From a virus (Duplodnaviria > Heunggongvirae > Uroviricota > Caudoviricetes): a stretch of DNA of 5,154 bases. The stretch lies in the IMG/VR virus record IMGVR_UViG_2606217117_000011; one strand, given 5' to 3'. Shown in pieces: positions 1 through 5,154 of the stretch (position 1 is the stretch's first letter; each line of letters opens with the position of its first letter). The position numbers were made by a program, and so were the translations under genes. Under the pieces are notes generated by a model. It was not told where the DNA came from. It worked only from the letters and a program-made list of their open reading frames with translations, and searched no databases.

Positions 1-812
1 TCAGACGAACCGATGACTGGATGGATGGCCGCCGCAGTCGTCACACTGATGATACGGATGTGCTTCTCCGTATACACCATGTTATCGGAGAGCTGCCCAC
101 GTATGGTTATCGTCGGGTATGGGCGCTGCTTCGCAGACAGGCAGAACTTGATGGTATGCCTGCGATCAATGCCAAACGTGTTTACCGGATCATGCGCCAG
201 AATGCGCTGTTGCTTGAGCGAAAACCTGCTGTACCGCCATCGAAACGGGCACATACAGGCAGAGTGGCTGTGAAAGAAAGTAATCAGCGATGGTGCTCTG
301 ACGGGTTCGAGTTCCGCTGTGATAACGGAGAAAAACTGCGAGTCACGTTCGCGCTGGACTGCTGTGACCGTGAGGCACTGCACTGGGCGGTCACTACGGG
401 CGGCTTCAACAGTGAAACAGTACAGGACGTCATGCTGGGAGCGGTGGAACGCCGCTTCGGCAACGAGCTTCCGGCGTCTCCAGTAGAGTGGCTGACGGAT
501 AATGGTTCATGCTACCGGGCTAATGAAACACGGCAGTTTGCCCGGATGTTGGGGCTTGAACCGAAGAGCACGGCGGTGCGGAGTCCGGAGAGTAACGGCA
601 TAGCAGAGAGCTTCGTGAAAACGATAAAGCGTGACTACATCAGTGTCATGCCCAAACCAGACGGGTTAACGGCAGCAAAGAACCTTGCAGAGGCGTTCGA
701 GCATTATAACGAATGGCATCCGCATAGTGCACTGGGTTATCGCTCGCCACGGGAATATCTACGGCAGCAAGCCAGTAATGGGTTAAGTGATAACAGGTGT
801 CTGGAAATATAG
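1..812 (+). CDS. insD: IS2 transposase InsD (OrfB), 5'-truncated by the window edge; stop TAG at 810-812
   Basis: ORF-track protein 21..812 ([40 protein letters not shown]...[16 protein letters not shown]...[31 protein letters not shown]) matches my recollection of IS2 InsD over its whole length. The frame stays open upstream to base 3, so the true start is outside the window. Confidence 0.93.
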   Translation, partial: RRTDDWMDGRRSRHTDDTDVLLRIHHVIGELPTYGYRRVWALLRRQAELDGMPAINAKRVYRIMRQNALLLERKPAVPPSKRAHTGRVAVKESNQRWCSDGFEFRCDNGEKLRVTFALDCCDREALHWAVTTGGFNSETVQDVMLGAVERRFGNELPASPVEWLTDNGSCYRANETRQFARMLGLEPKSTAVRSPESNGIAESFVKTIKRDYISVMPKPDGLTAAKNLAEAFEHYNEWHPHSALGYRSPREYLRQQASNGLSDNRCLEI

Positions 813-823
813 GGGCAAATCCA
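783..823 (+). repeat. IS2 right terminal inverted repeat (approximate extent)
   Basis: Terminal sequence GGGTTAAGTGATAACAGGTGTCTGGAAATATAGGGGCAAATCCA ends the element. The exact inner boundary of the IR is from memory of IS2 (~41 bp), not computed. Confidence 0.65.
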
Positions 824-1213
824 TCCATTGAGCATTGCCGCAATTTCTTTTGTGGTGATGTCTTCAAGTGGAGCATCAGGCAGACCCCTCCTTATTGCTT
901 TAATTTTGCTCATGTAATTTATGAGTGTCTTCTGCTTGATTCCTCTGCTGGCCAGGATTTTTTCGTAGCGATCAAGCCATGAATGTAATGTAACGGAATT
1001 ATCACTGTTGATTCTCGCTGTCAGAGGCTTGTGTTTGTGTCCTGAAAATAACTCAATGTTGGCCTGTATAGCTTCAGTGATTGCGATTCGCCTGTCTCGG
1101 CCTAATCCAAACTCTTTACCCGTCCTTGGGTCCCTGTAGCAGTAATATCCATTGTTTCTTATATAAAGGTTAGGGGGTAAATCCCGGCGCTCATGACTTC
1201 GCCTTCTTCCCAT
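824..1213 (-). pseudogene. int: Lambda-type tyrosine integrase Int, N-terminal 130 codons only, truncated by the IS2 insertion
   Basis: Minus-strand ORF 737..1213 begins MGRRRSHERRDLPPNLYIRNNGYYCYRDPRTGKEFGLGRDRRIAITEAIQANIELFSGHKHKPLTARINSDNSVTLHSWLDRYEKILASRGIKQKTLINYMSKIKAIRRGLPDAPLEDITTKEIAAMLNG, matching lambda Int residues 1-130 as I recall them. After residue 130 the frame runs into IS2 terminal sequence ([11 protein letters not shown]...), so the catalytic C-terminal domain is absent on this side of IS2. Confidence 0.9.
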
Positions 1214-1409
1214 TTCTGATCCTCTTCAAAAGGCTACCTGTTACTGGTCGATTTAAGTCAACCTTTACCGCTGATTCGTGGAACAGATATTCTCTTCCAT
1301 CCTTAACCGGAGGAGGGAATATCCTGCATTCGCGCACCCATCGACGAACTGTTTCAAGGCTTCTTGGGCGTCGCTGGCGAGCGTTCCACTCCTGAAGTGT
1401 CAAGTACAT
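1191..1409 (-). CDS. xis: Excisionase Xis (72 aa), lambda-type; overlaps the int start by 23 nt as in lambda
   Basis: Protein MYLTLQEWNARQRRPRSLETVRRWVRECRIFPPPVKDGREYLFHESAVKVDLNRPVTGSLLKRIRNGKKAKS matches lambda Xis from memory. GGAG lies about 9 nt upstream of the ATG on the minus strand. Confidence 0.93.
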   Translation of the reverse strand: MYLTLQEWNARQRRPRSLETVRRWVRECRIFPPPVKDGREYLFHESAVKVDLNRPVTGSLLKRIRNGKKAKS

Positions 1410-1435
1410 CGCAAAGTCTCCGCAATTACACGCAA
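1395..1435 (-). promoter_or_regulatory. Putative pI-type CII-activated promoter (TTGC-N6-TTGC motif at 1422-1435, minus strand) overlapping the xis start
   Basis: Minus strand reads TTGCGTGTAATTGCGGAGACTTTGCGATGTACTTGACAC. TTGC-N6-TTGC is the CII recognition pattern of lambda pRE/pI/paQ promoters, and the position just upstream of and overlapping the xis ATG corresponds to lambda pI. The -10 element and transcription start were not mapped. Confidence 0.45.
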
Positions 1436-1460
1436 GAAAAAACCGCCATCAGGCGGCTTG
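1436..1460 (-). terminator. Candidate intrinsic terminator on the minus strand (stem CCGCC / loop UGAU / GGCGG, then UUUUUU) overlapping the stop of the 55-aa ORF
   Basis: Minus strand reads AAGCCGCCTGATGGCGGTTTTTTCTTGCG: a short GC-rich hairpin followed by a 6-T run. The stem is only 5-7 bp, so the call is weak. Confidence 0.4.
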
Positions 1461-1616
1461 GTGTTCTTTCAGTTCTTCAATTCGAATATTGGTTACGTCT
1501 GCATGCGCTATCTGCGCCCATATCATCCAGTGGTTATAGCAGTCGTTGATGTTCTCTGCTTCGATAACCCTGTTGAATGGCTCTCCATTCCATTCACCTG
1601 TGACTCGGAAGTGCAT
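1449..1616 (-). CDS. Small hypothetical protein, 55 aa (position and size equivalent to the small ORF between xis and ea8.5 in lambda)
   Basis: Not in the ORF track (below its length cut-off). Hand translation of the minus strand from ATG at 1616-1614 to TGA at 1451-1449 gives MHFRVTGEWNGEPFNRVIEAENINDCYNHWMIWAQIAHADVTNIRIEELKEHQAA. GGAG lies 7 nt upstream of the ATG. The spacing relative to xis and ea8.5 matches my recollection of the lambda map. Confidence 0.6.
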   Translation of the reverse strand: MHFRVTGEWNGEPFNRVIEAENINDCYNHWMIWAQIAHADVTNIRIEELKEHQAA

Positions 1617-1704
1617 TTATCATCTCCAAAAAACAAACCCCGCCGTAGCGAGTTCAGATAAAATAAATCCCCGCGAGTGCGAGGATTGTTATGTAATATT
1701 GGGT

Positions 1705-1986
1705 TTAATCATCTATATGTTTTGTACAGAGAGGGCAAGTATCGTTTCCACCGTACTCGTGATAATAATTTTGCACGGTATCAGTCATTTCTCGCACATT
1801 GCAGAATGGGGATTTGTCTTCATTAGACTTATAAACCTTCATGGAATATTTGTATGCCGACTCTATATCTATACCTTCATCTACATAAACACCTTCGTGA
1901 TGTCTGCATGGAGACAAGACACCGGATCTGCACAACATTGATAACGCCCAATCTTTTTGCTCAGACTCTAACTCATTGATACTCAT
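1705..1986 (-). CDS. ea8.5: Ea8.5 protein (93 aa), lambda b2-region gene of unknown function
   Basis: Protein MSINELESEQKDWALSMLCRSGVLSPCRHHEGVYVDEGIDIESAYKYSMKVYKSNEDKSPFCNVREMTDTVQNYYHEYGGNDTCPLCTKHIDD matches lambda Ea8.5 as I recall it. Strong RBS AAGGAG lies 6 nt upstream of the ATG on the minus strand (1993-1998). Confidence 0.88.
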   Translation of the reverse strand: MSINELESEQKDWALSMLCRSGVLSPCRHHEGVYVDEGIDIESAYKYSMKVYKSNEDKSPFCNVREMTDTVQNYYHEYGGNDTCPLCTKHIDD

Positions 1987-2037
1987 TTATAAACTCCTTG
2001 CAATGTATGTCGTTTCAGCTAAACGGTATCAGCAATG

Positions 2038-2062
2038 TGAACCGCCCCGGGTTTCCTGGAGA
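2038..2062 (-). repeat. Terminal inverted repeat of the IS3-family element (orfB-distal end)
   Basis: TGAACCGCCCCGGGTTTCCTGGAGA at 2038-2062, 18 bp beyond the orfB stop (2080-2082). The extent is approximate and cannot be confirmed against the left IR, which is outside the window. Confidence 0.6.
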
Positions 2063-2079
2063 GTATTTTATCTGTGAAC

Positions 2080-2600
<521 letters not shown>

Positions 2601-2603
2601 CCC

Positions 2604-2637
2604 GAACCGGACGTGCACCTTTCAGCGCATCCGGCTC
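2604..2637 (-). ncRNA. Group II intron domain V (catalytic hairpin)
   Basis: Minus strand GAGCCGGAUGCGCUGAAAGGUGCACGUCCGGUUC is 34 nt with the AGC triad, a GAAA-type loop and a 2-nt bulge, closely matching the domain V consensus GAGCCGUAUGCGAUGAAAGUCGCACGUACGGUUC. It starts 5 nt after the IEP stop codon. Confidence 0.88.
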
Positions 2638-2642
2638 TCCAT

Positions 2643-4166
2643 TTAAATGCTGGCGAACGCCATTGCCACTTCTGTAAAGCGCGATGTATACGTGTTTCTG
2701 GTCTCCGTCCTCAGATAGGGATTACCTTCGGGTAGCCGCCAGCGGAACAGCTTCTTGCCTTGCCCCACCAACCGGTACAGTATTTCGCCGCTGAGCTTGC
2801 CGTGATTGGTTTTACCAAATAAAACCCACGTTTTGCTCTGACCCGGTTTCGGTGATTTACACCACCACCTCATCAGGGAAGCGATACCTGTACGGTATTT
2901 GCGGGCCAGCCAGTGAGCCAGCTTCCAGAACACGACACGGTCGATATAACTGAAGACTTTGGCCTTAAAATCAACGAACTGATAGAACATGGCCCAGCCT
3001 TTCAGTTTTCGGTTGAGTTGTTCAGCCATATCGACTTTGCTTTCACTGTAGTTGCCTGATAACAGTGCTGTCAGCGATGCGGCGAAGTTTCTGGCTTTCT
3101 CCTGCGGGATCGTTGAGACCACTCGCATCTCGCCATAACGACTGCGTTTGCGAATGATCCTGTGCCCCAGAAAGATAAAGCCGTCATTAACATGGGTGAT
3201 TTTAGTCTTATCCATGTTCAGCCTGAGTTTCAGACTGCCTTCGAGCACACCCCGACACTCCTCCCTGATGGCTTCCGCCTGTGCTTTGGTGCCTTTGACG
3301 ATGAGGACAAAATCATCGGCATAGCGGCAGTACGCCACCGCGGGTTTCCACTGCCAGTTTTCTCTGACCGCCGTACTTCGGCCCCGTTGGATACTGTTAT
3401 TCCAGTACCACCGATCTTTTCTGGCTTTCCCGCTCAGGTAGCGCTCATGCAGGTATTGATCGAACTCATTCAGCATGATGTTCGATAATAGCGGCGATAT
3501 AACACCGCCCTGTGGCACACCTTCACTGGCCGCCCGAAAGAGACCGACATCGATATGTCCCGCCTTGATGGTTTTCCACAGCAGAGTCATGAAACGTGCG
3601 TCACTGATCCTGCGGCGTACAGCCTTCATCAGCAGTCGATGATGTACGGTGTCGAAGTAACTGGACAGGTCGCCTTCAATCACCCAGCGTCCCCGGGTTT
3701 CACCACAGTCTGTGAGCTGTAATTTCACCGTGCGGATCGCGTGGTGGACACTGCGCTCAGGCCGGAAGCCATATGAGAGCGTATGAAAATCACTCTCCCA
3801 TATCGGCTCCATCGCCATCAGCATGGCCCGCTGAACAATACGATCCCGCAACGCGGGGATACCCAGTGGTCGCAGTTTGCCGTTGCTTTTAGGGATGTAA
3901 ACCCGTCTGGCGGGCAAGGGCTGGTAGTGGCCTGAGAGTAATTCATCCCTGAGGATTTGCAGCTCAACAGCCAGTCTGGCCTGTAGCATTGTTTTGTTCA
4001 CGCCATCAACGCCGGGGGTATGGGCCCCCTTTGATGAAAGCGTGATCCGCGCCGCTTCAGCCAGCCATTCTGGTTGTGTTATCAGACGCAGCAGCCGTTG
4101 AATCCGTAGGGACGGATCGGTGACTGCCCATGTGGCAAGCTTGCGTTGCATTTCGCTGATTATCAA
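2643..4166 (-). CDS. Group II intron-encoded protein: reverse transcriptase/maturase (507 aa from TTG at 4166, or 502 aa from the first ATG at 4151)
   Basis: RT motifs are visible in the translation: KLRPLGIPALRDRIVQ (RT1), SYGFRPERSVHHA (RT2), GVPQGGVISPLLSNIMLNEFD (RT4), YCRYADDFVLIV (RT5 with YADD), LNMDKTKITH and GFIFLGHRI (RT6/7), followed by a maturase-like region (RNFAASLTALL...KLKGWAMFY). No Cys/His-rich HNH endonuclease block is seen at the C-terminus. Confidence 0.93.
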   Translation of the reverse strand: MIISEMQRKLATWAVTDPSLRIQRLLRLITQPEWLAEAARITLSSKGAHTPGVDGVNKTMLQARLAVELQILRDELLSGHYQPLPARRVYIPKSNGKLRPLGIPALRDRIVQRAMLMAMEPIWESDFHTLSYGFRPERSVHHAIRTVKLQLTDCGETRGRWVIEGDLSSYFDTVHHRLLMKAVRRRISDARFMTLLWKTIKAGHIDVGLFRAASEGVPQGGVISPLLSNIMLNEFDQYLHERYLSGKARKDRWYWNNSIQRGRSTAVRENWQWKPAVAYCRYADDFVLIVKGTKAQAEAIREECRGVLEGSLKLRLNMDKTKITHVNDGFIFLGHRIIRKRSRYGEMRVVSTIPQEKARNFAASLTALLSGNYSESKVDMAEQLNRKLKGWAMFYQFVDFKAKVFSYIDRVVFWKLAHWLARKYRTGIASLMRWWCKSPKPGQSKTWVLFGKTNHGKLSGEILYRLVGQGKKLFRWRLPEGNPYLRTETRNTYTSRFTEVAMAFASI

Positions 4167-4822
4167 AGGTCTTCACCTCGTTAGGTCAGTTAATTCACGT
4201 CGCAAACACATTCAAACTGCTTCCCTTCGCCATGTAATGGGCTTTCCCCATCGCGGACTACTACGGAAGCTCCGCCAGCCAGCGCGTCATCGGAGCCATG
4301 CCCCCTTAACATCCGTCGCTGACCTTCCCCGGTTTACCTGCCTGGACTCAGGCATACTGAGGAGGCTGCCCGTCGCACTCTTTATCCTTGCTTGCCGCAA
4401 GTTGGCAGAAGTCAGCAACGCAAGCGTGATAGACGCTGCTGCCCCGGTGTTTCGCATACATGTCAAAACACCTTCGACCGGCAGTGCTTACGTATCACTG
4501 CCAGTTCCTCCTGCACGGCCTGTCAGATCACGTAGGCCGTGGTGACGTTTTCAACCCACAGAGGCGGATTAACGGGTTCATGTTCTTCAGCCTTTCAGTA
4601 CTTAACCTTGAGGATCATCTCGGCTTAGTGATCTCGCCTCAATCCCCGTTGTCAGCGGGTTACATCACCCTGCGGGCATGCCGCAGGTCACTGCCGCTCA
4701 GGTTCTCCACCGTCACACCCGGTGGGATTGTTGGGTTTCTCATCGTGAGTTACCGGCTCAATATTCCAGACAGACTCGCGGTTCATTTAAGCATCCATGC
4801 CCGCCCTGAACTCCGGGCACAC
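4167..4822 (-). ncRNA. Group II intron 5' ribozyme portion (domains I-III and the 5' part of domain IV)
   Basis: Lies between the intron 5' end (GUGUG, 4818-4822 on minus) and the IEP start. Contains the EBS1-bearing hairpin CAGUG-AUACGUAAG-CACUG. The plus-strand ORFs in this interval (4120..4545, 4460..4831) have no recognisable protein features. Confidence 0.6.
4487..4492 (-). other. Putative EBS1 (5'-CGUAAG-3') in a hairpin loop of intron domain I
   Basis: Perfect Watson-Crick complement to the last 6 nt of the 5' exon (IBS1 5'-CUUACG-3', window 4823-4828 on minus). About 330 nt from the intron 5' end, flanked by the 5-bp stem CAGUG/CACUG. Confidence 0.55.
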
Positions 4823-5154
4823 CGTAAGTAAAATCAGCCACCCACAGCTGGTCAGGTCGTTCTGCCACGAACTGACGGTTTACGCGGTCGCCTGCGGCAA
4901 CGGCTTTCCGGCTGATGGTCGTACGGACCTTTTTACCCCGGAGAACACCGGCAAGTCCCATAACCGCCATGAGACGTGCCACAGTGCATCTGGCCACTCT
5001 GATACCTTCCCGTAACAACTGACGCCAGACTTTACGCACACCGTATACCTTGTGATTTTCATCGTATACGCGCTGTATCTCTTTCTTCAGCCAGTCATCG
5101 CGCTGCGCACGGGCACTGCGTTTATCCGGATGATGTCGCTGTTGCTGACAGTGG
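4823..5154 (-). CDS. IS3-family transposase OrfB, 5' exon portion (N-terminal/middle region; continues beyond the window end)
   Basis: Minus-strand frame is open from the window edge: HCQQQRHHPDKRSARAQRDDWLKKEIQRVYDENHKVYGVRKVWRQLLREGIRVARCTVARLMAVMGLAGVLRGKKVRTTISRKAVAAGDRVNRQFVAERPDQLWVADFTY, then the intron. The ORF track shows only the part from an internal GTG (4758..5039) and reads through into the intron. Confidence 0.85.

Larger units (their letters stand above)
1..823 (+). mobile_element. IS2 insertion sequence, right-hand ~823 bp (left part of the element lies upstream of the window)
   Basis: The insD frame is open from window base 3 ([11 protein letters not shown]...). The element ends with ...CTGGAAATATAGGGGCAAATCCA at 801-823, which I recognise as the IS2 right terminus. 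DNA immediately after 823 is unrelated (antisense of lambda int codons ...AAMLNG). Confidence 0.9.

Noticed and set aside
13-273. Plus-strand ORF 13..273 (86 aa)
   Set aside because: An alternative frame inside insD. The insD frame matches IS2 transposase across the whole interval.
737-823. Extension of the int ORF into IS2 (residues after ...AAMLNG: [28 protein letters not shown])
   Set aside because: This tail is a translation of IS2 terminal-repeat sequence in antisense, not integrase. The real int coding sequence ends at the IS2 boundary (824).
646-982. ORFs 646..876 (-, 76 aa) and 797..982 (+, 61 aa) spanning the IS2/int junction
   Set aside because: They run antisense to insD or to int and cross the IS2 terminus. 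No recognisable motifs; they are by-products of the junction.
1278-1941. Plus-strand ORFs 1278..1661 (127 aa), 1364..1549 (61 aa) and 1546..1941 (131 aa)
   Set aside because: They are antisense to xis, the 55-aa ORF and ea8.5, whose minus-strand products match known lambda proteins. No RBS or motif support; the 1546..1941 translation is low-complexity and hydrophobic, typical of AT-rich antisense.
2035-2037. Possible 3-bp target-site duplication (ATG) flanking the IS3-family right end
   Set aside because: It cannot be evaluated because the other end of the element is outside the window.
3162-3488. Plus-strand ORF 3162..3488 (108 aa)
   Set aside because: Antisense to the RT/maturase gene, whose minus-strand frame carries all RT motifs.
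4120-4831. Plus-strand ORFs 4120..4545 (141 aa) and 4460..4831 (123 aa)
   Set aside because: They lie antisense across intron ribozyme domains I-III. They are Arg/Pro-rich as expected from GC-rich structured RNA, and the interval is better explained as non-coding intron RNA containing the EBS1 hairpin.
4797-5062. ORFs 4797..5015 (+) and 4880..5062 (-)
   Set aside because: Alternative-frame or antisense overlaps of orfB exon 1. The minus-strand frame that reads ...VRKVWRQLLREGIRVARCTVARLM...LWVADFTY is the transposase.

Overview
This 5.15 kb window is a lambda-type prophage integration/early-left module (int, xis, a 55-codon ORF, ea8.5, all on the minus strand) invaded by two insertion sequences, one of which carries a group II intron. 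(1) Bases 1-823 are the right-hand part of IS2 (insD transposase, terminus ...TAGGGGCAAATCCA), inserted into the prophage integrase so that only codons 1-130 of int remain (824-1213, minus). (2) xis (1191-1409), a small 55-aa ORF (1449-1616) and ea8.5 (1705-1986) follow with lambda-like spacing. (3) From 2038 to beyond the window end lies an IS3-family (IS629/IS1203-like) element on the minus strand. (4) Its orfB transposase gene is split by a 2270-nt group II intron (2553-4822, minus) encoding a roughly 502-507 aa reverse transcriptase/maturase (2643-4166). The intron boundaries are supported by a 5' GUGUG, a canonical 34-nt domain V, a domain VI with a bulged A 7 nt from the 3' end, and a perfect 6-bp EBS1/IBS1 pairing. 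I did not find evidence for a previously undescribed system: every substantial ORF and structure is explained by these known element classes. Protein and element identifications rest on my recollection of lambda, IS2 and IS629 sequences and of group II intron motifs; no database search was run.
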